Positions 14,236 to 25,589 of a DNA stretch of 64,000 bases are shown one piece after another. This DNA comes from Octopus sinensis. Taxonomy: Eukaryota. Both the position numbers and the translations under genes were made by a program. The notes beneath the pieces are model-generated. The model worked only from the letters and a program-made list of their open reading frames with translations, was not told the origin of the DNA and searched no databases. Where the stretch lies: the NCBI RefSeq assembly GCF_006345805.1, contig NW_021833008.1, positions 31,156 through 95,155 of the forward strand, given 5' to 3'. Every line of letters begins with the position of its first letter. Position 1 is the stretch's first letter.

Positions 14236-15467
14236 TTGTATATATAATGCGTGCACACACACACACACACATATATACATATATATATATAATGTGTGCA
14301 TTATGTGGTCGGTCGATTCAGCTGAAAATATGCACACCTATGTTAAAAGTGCTGGCAAGTTTGCATGACAACTATTTTTTTCCTCAAATGAAAGGCGTGA
14401 CCTCTAGGACAAAATTCCTCATCTTATAAATTGTGGCCCCAGTAGACCCGAATGAAATCGGGTTATATTAACCAAAATGTGAAAAGGGGTTTAAATGGGG
14501 CTGGAAGGGGATTAAAATTTAAAGGAGCGGGTGTTTAGCAATTCTCTGTTACATCAAGCTAAAAAATTTGCGCCAGCCTTTTAATCGTCAATGTGTTGCC
14601 GTCCATGATGAAGAAGTTTTGAATGCTTGCCATCGTGAGTCTACTGTCGTGAGAAAGAATCACTTCAAAACTTGGTGTTTATGAATTTTCTTTTACATCA
14701 AGTTCAAAATTTTACGCCAGCCGTTAAACTGTCAATACATTGCTGTCCATCGTTAAGAAATGCCAGCCATGGTGACTCTACTATCCTCAGATTCTATCCC
14801 TTCAAACTTTGGTTTCCAATATTTTATTATTTTTATTCAGCTAGCAAGTTCGTCTGTCCTTTTTAAATGTTAGCGTTTTGCTGTCTGCCTTGAAGCAGAC
14901 CTTTCCGTTGCCACTGCCTGATATTTATGATTGATCTTTCTAAATATTTTATTTCTCAACTTACTCAAGATCTTTTGTTGTTTATAAATGGGAGAGAGAT
15001 AGATAAAGATAGAGAGTAAGAGAAAGCGAGGGAGAGTCCGAGAGAAGGGAAGAGTAAGAGAGTGGGGAAAGTGAGAGAGAAAGGAGAGAGAAACAAAGAG
15101 GGAGAATCATCATCATCATCATCATCATCATCGTTTAACGTCCATTTTCTGTGCTAGCACGGGTTGGACAGTTTGACTGGGGTCTGGAAAGCCAGGAGGC
15201 TGCACCAGGCTCCAGTCTGATCTGGCAGTGTTTCTACAGGTGGATGACCTTCCTAACGCCAACCACTCTGTGAGTGTAGTGGGTGCTTTTTTCGTGCCGC
15301 CGGCACTGGTTCCAGGGGGGCTCGCAGCGGCAACGATCGGTTGGTGCCAGTCAAGGTGGCGCTGCAATCGGCCACGTTCGGATGGTGCTTTTTATGTGCT
15401 GAAAGGAAGCAACAGAAAGTAACAACCACACTCTTACCCGCGCGTAGACCGGGTCACCTTCAGCTAG
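13534..15467 (+). mobile_element. Complete non-autonomous Helitron (family H1) carrying an inverted RTE/SINE tail
   Basis: 5' A|TCTCTATATATAAAACTG; 3' hairpin acccgcgcgtagaccgggt followed by caccttcagCTAG|T; no TSD; same family as the units of the 43737-59940 array. Confidence 0.85.
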
Positions 15468-15760
15468 TCTATATATATAAAACTGAGAATGTATGTCTGT
15501 CTGTCTGTGTGAATCACTAAAACTTGAGAACTACACGACCAATTTCATTCAATTTTATACATGCGTTACTTGGGGTCCATGTAGTGTCATGGGCAAAAAA
15601 AAGTTTTTAAGTTCATGCCTAGGGCGAGCCCACAGCAATATCATATCTTCTCCACTATTTCAGTATTACGTGTTAAAAGTGAAACAAAAACATCTCTATT
15701 GTAATGTCAGATGCTTTCAGTTTAATATTGAAACTATTAAAGTGAAACTATTATATAACT
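15468..15760 (+). mobile_element. 5' part of a second non-autonomous Helitron-like family (H2), abutting the H1 CTAG end
   Basis: TCTATATATATAAAACTGAGAATG plus (TGTC)n; matches the starts at 33666 and 35233. Confidence 0.75.
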
Positions 15761-15761
15761 T

Positions 15762-16743
15762 GACAGAGTGTACTTTGAGAGAAAAGTTGGACCTAAGAAG
15801 CATCAGTTGTGGTGTGCAAGAGAGAGGTTTGCGCTGGTATGGTCATGTGATGAGAATGGATGAAGGTAGTTGTGTGAAAAAGTGCCACACCCTAGCAGTT
15901 GAGGGAACCTGTGGAAGAGGTAGACCCAGGAAAACCTGGGACGAGGTGGTGAAGCACGACCTTTGAACTTTAGGTCTCACCGAGGAAATGACTAGAGACC
16001 GAGACCATTGGAATTATGCTGTGCGTGAAAAGACCCGGCAGGATAAGTGAGGCCATAATCCCGTGGCCTCTACCTAGGATGTAGCCAGCCCACTTATGCG
16101 TTCCTTTCCTTCTTGGGACACAAAACTCCACTTGTGAAGACCTGTTGAGGCAAGTGAAAATCAAAATTGTAATCTATCAACATCAGTGGAATTTGTAGCT
16201 GTGATACCAGTGCCGGTGGCACGTAAGAGAACAATCGGAACGTGGCTGTAGCCAGTGCCGCCCTGAATGGCTTCCGTGCCAGTGGCATGTAAAAAGCACC
16301 ATCTGATCGTGGCTGTTTGCCAGCCTCGTCTGGCACCTGTACCGGTGGCTTGTAAAAAGCACCCACTACACTCACGGAGTGGTTGGCGTTAGGAAGGGCA
16401 TCCAGCTGTAGAAACACTGCCAGATGAGACTGGAGCCAGATGCAGCCTCCTGGCTTCCCAGACCCCAGTTGAACCCTCCGACCCACGCTAGCATGGAAAT
16501 TGGATGTTAAACGATGATGATGATGTATGGCAGTCTACCGTCCTCCCCTGGTCTCTATGCCAGTGGCATGAAAAAAGCACCCACTACACTCACTGAGTGG
16601 TTGGCGTTAGGAAGGGCATCCAGCTGTAGAAACACTGCCAGATCAGACTGGGCCTGGTGCAGCCTTCTGGCTTCCCAGACCCCAGTTGAACCGTCCAACC
16701 CATGCTAACATGGAAAGCGGACGTTAAACGATGATGATGATGA
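15762..16743 (+). mobile_element. RTE LINE 3' fragment with 3' UTR and a doubled tail
   Basis: TLREKLDLRSISCGVQERGLRWYGHV...[17 protein letters not shown]; (GAT)n tails at ~16512 and ~16730. Confidence 0.9.
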
Positions 16744-16875
16744 CGAACCATTAAGAGTGGACATCTATTTTGCTAGAAGATCCGCTATGGTCTTATATGC
16801 TACACCGCTGGTTTTCAATTCATATTAATCAAATTAATATTCAATTTTTCACCCTTATTATTTTAAATTCAAATT

Positions 16876-16909
<34 letters not shown>

Positions 16910-16987
16910 GATGTATACATATAGATGTATATATATAGATGTATATATATAGATGTGTATATATAGATGTGTATGTATATGGCTGTA

Positions 16988-17031
<44 letters not shown>

Positions 17032-17032
17032 A

Positions 17033-19006
17033 GTGTATCAGACTGCCAGAAGGGAAGCTAGGAGACAGGTCTATCTAGCCAGAGGGGAAGCAGATAAAAG
17101 AAAATTTGCCAATGTCCTGCGCCGTGAGGATGAAAGACTTGAGGTATTTCGTGTTGCAAGACAGTGTGTGAGAGAGAATCGAGATGTGGTAGGAGAGAAA
17201 TGTGTTCGCATGGAGGATGGTTCACTTGCGCTAAATGAGGATGCAAAGAGAGAAGCTTGGAGACGCCACTATGAAAGGTTGCTGAATGAGGAAAATGAAT
17301 GGGATAAAGAGAGTCTGCCGAATGTTGACCCAACAGAGGGACCAGCTATCCGAGTTGATAGTTCCGTGGTAGCTAAGGCAATTAGAAGCATGAAGACAGG
17401 GAAAGCCCCAGGCCCATCAGGAATTACTGCAGAGATGCTCAAAATATCTGGTAGTGTCGGCTATAGCATAGTCACCCGTATAGTTAACCAGGTGATACAC
17501 GAAGGAGTCATACCCAATGACTGGTGTAGCAGCATAATAGTCAACTGCTACAAAGGTAAAGGCGACGCCCTAGATACAAATAACTACAGGGGCATCAAGC
17601 TGTTGGATCAGGTAATGAAGGTTACGGAGAGGGTTATAGCCCAGTTAATTAGAGAGAGAGTTAGCTTAGATGATATGCAGTTTGGGTTCGTGCCAGGGAA
17701 AAGTACTACTGATGCTATATTCCTGGTAAGACAGCTGCAGGAGAAATACCTAGCCAAAGGTAAGCCCTTGTACCTGGCTTTTGTTGACTTAGAGAAAGCC
17801 TTTGACAGGGTCCCCCGATCCCTTATCTGGTGGTCAATGAGGAAACTAGGGATAGATGAATGGTTAGTGAGAGCTGTGCGAGCCATGTACAGAGACACAG
17901 CTAGTAAGGTGAGGGTTGGCAACGAGTACAGTGAAGAATTCCGGGTAGAGGTTGGGGTCCACCAAGGTTCAGTCCTCAGCCCCCTCCTATTTATCATAGT
18001 CCTCCAGGCAATAATGGAAGAATTTAAGACAGGATGCCCCTGGGAGCTCCTATATGCTGATGACCTTGCTCTAATTGCTGAGTCACTATCAGAACTGGAG
18101 GAGAAATTTCAGGTGTGGAAACAAGGATTAGAATCGAAGGGCCTTAGAATCAACCTAGCCAAAACCAAAGTCCTAATAAGTAGGAAGGTGGACCAACCAC
18201 AAACGACTTCAGGTAGATGGCCCTGCTCGATCTGTAAAAAAGGTGTAGGTAGAAACTCTATAAGGTGCACCAAATGTAAGCTATGGACACATAAGAGGTG
18301 CAGCAATGTCAAAGTAAGGCTAACTAAGAAAATAGTTTTTGTCTGTGGCAGATGCTCAGGAGAAATAAACACTGGAAATGTGCAGAGACCAACTTCTACC
18401 ACGTTCCAGGGAGACAAACTAGAAGTAGTTGATAGCTTCCGCTACCTAGGAGACCAAGTCAGTAGCGGGGGTGGGTGTGCTGAAAGTGTAACTGCTAGAG
18501 TAAGAATAGCCTGGGCAAAGTTTAGAGAGCTCTTACCCCTGCTGGTGACAAAAGGCCTCTCGCTAAGAGTAAAAGGCAGACTATATGATGCGTGTGTACG
18601 TACAGCTATGCTACATGGTAGTGAAACATGGGCCGTGACAGCTGAGGATATGCGTAAGCTTGCAAGAAATGAAGCCAGTATGCTCCGATGGATGTGTAAT
18701 GTCAGCGTTCATAATCGTCAGAGTGTAAGTACTTTGAGAGAAAAGTTGAACCTAAGAAGTGTCAGTTGTGGTGTGCAAGAGAGACGGCTGCGCTGGTATG
18801 GTCATGTGACGAGAATGGCTGAAGATAGTTGTGTGCAAAAGTGCTACACCCTAGCAGTTGAGGGAACCTGTGGAAGAGGTAGACCCAGGAAAACCTGGGA
18901 CGAGGTGGTGAAGCACGACCTTCGAACTTTAGGTCTCACCAAGGAAATGACTGAAGACCGAGTCCTATGGAAGTGTGCTGTGCATGAGAGGACCCGGCAG
19001 GACTAG
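17033..19006 (+). CDS. RTE-clade LINE ORF, 5'-truncated but uninterrupted (657 aa): RT plus Cys/His finger plus C-terminal domain
   Basis: [56 protein letters not shown] motifs; no stops; starts directly after a (TA)n tract. Confidence 0.95.
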   Translation: MYQTARREARRQVYLARGEADKRKFANVLRREDERLEVFRVARQCVRENRDVVGEKCVRMEDGSLALNEDAKREAWRRHYERLLNEENEWDKESLPNVDPTEGPAIRVDSSVVAKAIRSMKTGKAPGPSGITAEMLKISGSVGYSIVTRIVNQVIHEGVIPNDWCSSIIVNCYKGKGDALDTNNYRGIKLLDQVMKVTERVIAQLIRERVSLDDMQFGFVPGKSTTDAIFLVRQLQEKYLAKGKPLYLAFVDLEKAFDRVPRSLIWWSMRKLGIDEWLVRAVRAMYRDTASKVRVGNEYSEEFRVEVGVHQGSVLSPLLFIIVLQAIMEEFKTGCPWELLYADDLALIAESLSELEEKFQVWKQGLESKGLRINLAKTKVLISRKVDQPQTTSGRWPCSICKKGVGRNSIRCTKCKLWTHKRCSNVKVRLTKKIVFVCGRCSGEINTGNVQRPTSTTFQGDKLEVVDSFRYLGDQVSSGGGCAESVTARVRIAWAKFRELLPLLVTKGLSLRVKGRLYDACVRTAMLHGSETWAVTAEDMRKLARNEASMLRWMCNVSVHNRQSVSTLREKLNLRSVSCGVQERRLRWYGHVTRMAEDSCVQKCYTLAVEGTCGRGRPRKTWDEVVKHDLRTLGLTKEMTEDRVLWKCAVHERTRQD

Positions 19007-21580
19007 TCAGGCCATATCCCGTGGCCCCTACCTGGGACGTAGTCGATCCACCTGTGCATACCTTCCTTCTTGTGACACTTGTGAAGACCTGCTGAGGCAA
19101 GTGAAAATCAATCAAAATAGATGAACATCAATGGAATTTGTATCTTTGTGGTACCAGTGCCTGTGGCACACAAGAAAACCATCCGAACGTGGCCGTAGCC
19201 AGTACCGCATCGACTGGCCTCCGTGCTGTGGGAACATGGTGGCACATAAAAACACCATCCGAAGACCCGGCAAGACTAGTCAGGTCATAACCCGTGGGCC
19301 CTACCTGGGACGTAGTCAGTCCACCTGTACATACCTTCCTTCTTGTGACACTTGTGAAGACCTGCTGAGGCAAGTGAAAATCAAATCAAATCAAAACAAA
19401 TCAAAATAGATGAACATCAATGGAATTTGTATCCTTGTGGTACCAGCGCCGGTGGCACACAAGAATCCATCCGAACGTGGCCGTAGTCAGTACCACTTGT
19501 GGTACCAGTGCCGTGGCACACAAGAATCCATCCGAACGTGGCCGTAGTCAGTACCGCATCACTCGCCATCGTGCTGTGGGCACATAACAAACACCATCCG
19601 GTCGTGGCCGTTCACCAGCCTCATCTAGCACCTGTGTCGGTGGCACATAAAAAGTAGTCAGTACCGCTTGTGGTACCAGTGCCGGTGGCACACAAGAATC
19701 CATCCGAACATGGCCGTAGTCAGTACCGCATCACTGGCCATCATGCTGTGGGCACATAACAAACACCATCCGGTCGTGGCCGTTCGCCAGCCTCATCTAG
19801 CACCTGTGTCGGTGGCACATAAAAACACCTTCCGAAGACCCGGCAAGACTAGTCAGGCCATAAACCATGGTCCCTACCTGGGACGTAGTCAGTCCACCTG
19901 TGCATACCTTCCTCCTTGTGATACTTGTGAAGGCCTGTTGAGGCAAGTGAAAATCAAAATCAAATCAAAATCAAAACAAATCAAAATAGATGAACATCAA
20001 TGGAATTTGTATCTTTGTGGTACCAGTGCCGGTGGCACACAAGAGAAGACCATCCGAAAGTGGCCGTAGCCAGTACCGCATCGACTGGCCTCCGTGCTGT
20101 GGGCACATGACAAACACCATCCGATCGTGGCCGTTCGCCAGCCTCATCTAGCACCTGTGTCGGTGGCACATAAAAACACCATCCGAAGACCCGGCAAGAC
20201 TAGTCAGGCCATAACCCATGGCCCCTACCTGGGACGTAGTCAGTCCACCTGTGCATACCTTCCTTCTTGTGACACTTGTGAAGACCTGTTGAGGCAAGTG
20301 AAAATCAAATCAAAACAAATCAAAATAGATGAACATCAATGGAATCTGTATCTTTGTGGTACCAGTGCCGGTGGCACACACTTTGTGGTACCAGTGCCGG
20401 TGGCACACAAGAGAACCATCCGAACGTAGCCAGTTCCACATCGACCGGCCTCCGTGCTGTGGGCACGTAACAAACACCATCCGATCATGGCCGTTCGCCA
20501 GCCTCATCTAGCACCTGTGTCGGTGGCACATAAAAACACCTTCCGAAGACCCGGCAAGACTAGTCAGTCCACCTGTGCATATCTTCCTTCTTTTGACACT
20601 TGTGAAGACCGGTTGAGGCAAGTGAAAATCAAATCAAATCAAAATAGACAAAATAGATGAACATCAATGGAATTTGTATCTTGTGGTACCAGTGCCTGTG
20701 GCACACAAGAAATCCATCAGTGCCGTAGTCAGTGCGGTGGGCACATGACAAACACCATCCGATCGTGGCCGTTCGCCAGCCTCATCTAGCACCTGTGTCG
20801 GTGGCACATAAAAACACCATCCGAAGACCCGGCAAGACTAGTCAGGCCATAACCCATGGCCCCTACCTGGGACGTAGTCAGTCCACCTGTGCATACCTTC
20901 CTTCTTGTGACACTTGTGAAGACCTGTTGAGGCAAGTGAAAATCAAATCAAAACAAATCAAAATAGATGAACATCAATGGAATTTGTATCTTTGTGGTAC
21001 CAGTGCCGGTGGCACGTGGCACATAAGAAAACCATCCGAACGTGGCCGTAGCCAGTACCGCCCGCATCGACTGGCCTCCATGCTGTGGGCACGTAACAAG
21101 CACCATCCGATCGAGGCCGTTTGCCAGCCTCATCTGGCACCTGTGTCGGTGGCACATAAAAAACACCATCCGAGCGTGGCCGTCTGCCAGCCTCGTCTGG
21201 CACCTGTGTCGGTGGCACATAAAAACACCATCCGAGCGTGGCCGTCTGCCAGCCTCGTCTGGCACCTGTGTCGGTGGCACATAAAAAACACCATCCGAGC
21301 GTGGCTGTCTGCCAGCCTCGTCTGGCACCTGTGTCGGTGGCACATAAAAACACCATCCGAGCGTGGCCGTTTGCCAGCCTCGTCTGGCACCTGTGTCGGT
21401 GGCATAAAATCACCCACTACACTCTCGGAGTGGTTGGCGTTAGGAAGGGCATCCAGCTGTAGAAACACTGCCAGATCTGACTGGACTGGTGCAGCTTTCG
21501 GGCTCCCCAGACCCCAGTTGAACCGTCCAACCCATGCTAGCATGGAAAGCGGACGTTAAATGATGATGATGATGATGATG
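18990..21580 (+). repeat. Tandemly amplified 3' UTR of the RTE copy, ending in a ~62-bp minisatellite and (GAT)n tail
   Basis: Module gaagacccggcaagactagtcagg recurs at 19261, 19834, 20185, 20545, 20823; ccatccgagcgtggc recurs at 21166, 21228, 21291, 21353. Confidence 0.9.
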
Positions 21581-21615
21581 ATATATATATATATACATGT
21601 ATATATATATATATT

Positions 21616-21655
<40 letters not shown>

Positions 21656-21656
<1 letters not shown>

Positions 21657-22041
21657 CTCTCTCTATATAAACGGCAGTTTGTCTGTGCGTGTTTCTGTGT
21701 GTCTGTTTTCTCGTACCCTCACCCTGACCACGGCTTTCAACCGATTCTGATGAAACTTGACACACACATAGCCCAATGTCATAATTCAAAACTAACGCAG
21801 CGAAAATTTTGAAAAGTTCCCCCAGTTCTGAAAAAAATCGATAAATTCGACATGGGGTCGAGAATAAAAAAAAACAACCACAGACTGTCTAGGGGACGCA
21901 ACTCAACCTTTTATTACTCTCAAAAAAAAAATTTACCATCATTTTTTTTCCATTTTTTGCTATTTTTTGGCTATAACTCTCTAAAAATGCTTTATAGTTA
22001 TTTCCCTTACAAACCTGAGCAACGCCGGGCGATACTGCTAG
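21656..22041 (+). mobile_element. Short non-autonomous Helitron (family H3)
   Basis: A|TCTCTCTCTATATAAACGG ... cctgagcaacgccggg hairpin, cgatactgCTAG|T. Confidence 0.85.
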
Positions 22042-22214
22042 TATATATATATAGATGTGTATTTATACATGTATATGTATTGCTGTATATGTATACATCT
22101 ATATGTATAGCTGTATATGTATAGATGTATTTCTATAGATATAGATGTACATGTAATATATACACATATATACATGCATACATATACACACACACACACA
22201 GAGGCACACATACA

Positions 22215-22520
22215 TAGGTGCAGGTGTGGCTGTGTGGTAACAAACTTGGTTCCAAAACACATGGTCCTCAGTCTCAGTCCCACTGTGTGGTTACTTAGCA
22301 TGTGTCTTCTGCTATAGCCTCAGACCAACCAAAGCCTTGTCAGTGGATTTTGTAGACAGAAACTGAATAAATCAATTGTATATATATATATGTATGTATA
22401 TATGTAAGTCTATGTGTGTGTCTTTGTGTTTCTCCCTCATCACTGCTTCACAACTGGTGTTCGTTTATTTATATCCCCATAACTTACTGGTTTCTTAAGA
22501 AGAAACTGATAGAATAAGTA
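22215..22520 (+). mobile_element. tRNA-derived SINE with CORE-like central segment
   Basis: gtggctgtgtggtaac A-box-like head, cagtcccactg, central gtgtcttctgctatagcctcagaccaaccaaagccttg; related copies at 23245, 38747, 63185. Confidence 0.7.
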
Positions 22521-22627
22521 CCAGGCTTATCAAAATAAAAAAAAAGCACAAGGCAGTGTCTCTTATTTTTGTTTGGCCACTCAGTTGTATCTATCAATTT
22601 ATCTTTTGTGTGTGTGTGTATATACAT

Positions 22628-22659
<32 letters not shown>

Positions 22660-22683
22660 TATATATATATATATAAGCACATA

Positions 22684-23071
22684 TCTCTCTCTATATAAAC
22701 GGCAGTTTGTCTGTGCGTGTTTCTGTGTGTCTGTTTTCTCGTACCCTCACCCTGACCACGGCTTTCAACCGATTCTGATGAAACTTGACACACACATAGC
22801 CCAATGTCATAATTCAAAACTAACGCAGCGAAAATTTTGAAAAGTTCCCCCAGTTCTGAAAAAAATCGATAAATTCGACATGGGGTCGAGAATAAAAAAA
22901 AACAAACCACAGACTGTCTAGGGGACGCAACTCAACCTTTTATTACTCTCAAAAAAAAAATTTACCATCATTTTTTTTCCATTTTTTTGCTATTTTTTGG
23001 CTATAACTCTCTAAAAATGCTTTATAGTTATTTCCCTTACAAACCTGAGCAACGCCGGGCGATACTGCTAG
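22684..23071 (+). mobile_element. Duplicate copy of the short Helitron H3
   Basis: Near-identical to 21656-22041 with the same termini. Confidence 0.85.
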
Positions 23072-23244
23072 TATATATATATATAGATGTGTATTTATAC
23101 ATGTATATGTTTGCTGTATATGTATACATCTATATGTATAGCTGTATATGTATAGATGTATTTCTATAGATATAGATGTACATGTAATATATACACATAT
23201 TACATGCATACATATACACAACACACACACAGAGGCACACATAC

Positions 23245-23560
23245 ATAGGTGCAGGTGTGGCTGTGTGGTAACAAACTTGGTTCCAAAACACATGGTCCTC
23301 AGTCTCAGTCCCACTGTGTGGTTACTTAGCATGTGTCTTCTGCTATAGCCTCAGACCAACCAAAGCCTTGTCAGTGGATTTTGTAGACAGAAACTGAAAT
23401 AATCAATTGTATATATATATATGTATGTATATATGTAAGTCTATGTGTGTGTCTTTGTGTTTCTCCCTCATCACTGCTTCACAACTGGTGTTCGTTTATT
23501 TATATCCCCATAACTTACTGGTTTCTTAAGAAGAAACTGATAGAATAAGTACCAGGCTTA
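23245..23560 (+). mobile_element. tRNA-derived SINE (duplicate of 22215-22520)
   Basis: Near-identical sequence at an offset of ~1031 bp. Confidence 0.7.
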
Positions 23561-23949
23561 TCAAAATAAAAAAAAAGCACAAGGCAGTGTCTCTTATTTT
23601 TGTTTGGCCACTCAGTTGTATCTATCAATTTATCTTTTGTGTGTGTGTGTATATACATACACACACACACCACACACACACACACATATATATTATATAT
23701 ATATATATATTGATATGCATTTCGTAGACAGGAACTGAAGCAAATCAATCGTATATATATGTATGTATATATGTAAGTGTATATGTGTCTTTGTCTCTGT
23801 GTTTTGCCCTCATCACTGCTTCACAACTGCTGTTCATTTATTTACATCCTCATAACTTACTGGTTTCACAAGAAGAAATTAATAGAATAATATAATATTT
23901 TTTTTTGCCCACTCAATTGTATCTATCAATTATCTTTGTATGTATGTGT

Positions 23950-24131
<182 letters not shown>

Positions 24132-25433
24132 CACCCTAATGTGGGCCTGAACTCCCAAATTTTAGTTATTTCTTTTATGTTCCAAAACTAGGTCAAAAGT
24201 ACTGAATGGATCTTTATGAAATTTGAAAATTATATTCTATGCATAAGGGCCATAACCCCCATGACAATTCATATATTTTTGCTGTTGATGAAATTTTAAC
24301 CATAGATATTAGATACTAATGAAGTAATATTTATAAAATTTCATCATCTTATAAGTTAGAAAGACCATTCCATGGGGACTTAACATCACAATTTTGTCAT
24401 TTTATCTAAGCAAAAATGAATACAGTTGTGCTCTTGGAAGCTGTAGGGTTACTCAAGCATAAAAGATGAGCATTATTTGTAATTCAATGGTACAACAGTG
24501 CAACAGTTTGCTTTGACATACACTTACATTGTGATTTCTGCAATGTGGTGCATAAATTGTCAAGTAAATGAGAGGCATCTTTGCCTCCACTGATTCAGTT
24601 GCAAAGTGTTGAGTAAAGTTATTTGATTGCAGACCTCCTTTCAGTCTTTTTATTATCACTGGGTCACACATAGTCCCCAGATTGTACCATTGATTTCAAG
24701 GCCTTCCCAGGTGAGTGACTGATTATTCAAAGACATTTATAGATTGTAAATTTACACTGTCCAGTTACATATCAGTATAGTGGTCATTTGCAAACTCCAG
24801 GGGTGACACTTTCAATTCTCCTTAGGCCTCACGTCACACAGTTGTTAATGTTGATTTCAGTTGGGTCACGTCCTTCCAATTGCTATACATTCGTAATGTA
24901 TCTTACGGCTGTGCCTGTCACCTAGATGGTGAGGAATCCTACATTGGGAGTGGTAACGACTAAGGTAGGGTAGCTGACTGCTTATTGTGATCATTCATCT
25001 TTTCGTTTCCTGTAGCTTTGCTCTTTTTTACAAACCCAGTGAACATATATTTCTTAATTCAAAGAAATTCAAACAATAGATATAAGACCCAAGTTAAAAA
25101 GATTCTCAACAATTCAACTTCTCTGGTTGACATTAAGATGCCCACCCCCAACAGGGGCCTTAACTCTCACATTTTAGAGCTCCATGACCATCATGTTTCA
25201 GGAGCAAAATCCTTTTAACAGGTTCAATAAGACTGGAATTTTGGAATATGCGCATAAAAATCTGTAGTATGGGATACATGTGACACGATTACAATTTTTT
25301 AGGGTGTGTAAAGAGGGAAATAACCCTCATCTGCAATTTTGATAAAATTCGAAACATAGGTATTCCAGTTCATTACAGAAAATATAACAGAAAAGTCTAA
25401 TTCTTCAATTGAATGTAACACGGGCAACGCTAG

Positions 25434-25466
<33 letters not shown>

Positions 25467-25589
25467 CAACTTCATTTGCCTTGTATTTTCTTTGGTGTTC
25501 TCGATGGATTTTGAGAAGTGCTTACATGGATTCTATATGGGATACTGAACAATGGGGATGATGTTGCTGCCAAAAAAAAGGCATCCTTA

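Noticed and set aside
18050-18065. CTGATGA matches at 11170, 18057, 32602, 42272
   Set aside because: These are the YADD/FADD codons of RT with no stem II or GAAA, so they are not hammerheads.
20948-21543. Repetitive 130-275 aa ORFs on both strands; CRISPR-like appearance of the ~62-bp repeats
   Set aside because: Contiguous tandem repeats of a LINE 3' UTR with no unique spacers, no cas genes, and a eukaryotic context.
24681-24710. Peptide CTIDFKAFP resembling a Cys-loop receptor CxxDxxxFP motif
   Set aside because: Only nine residues, an in-frame TAG immediately upstream, and no following D-x-Q-x-C; chance similarity is likely.
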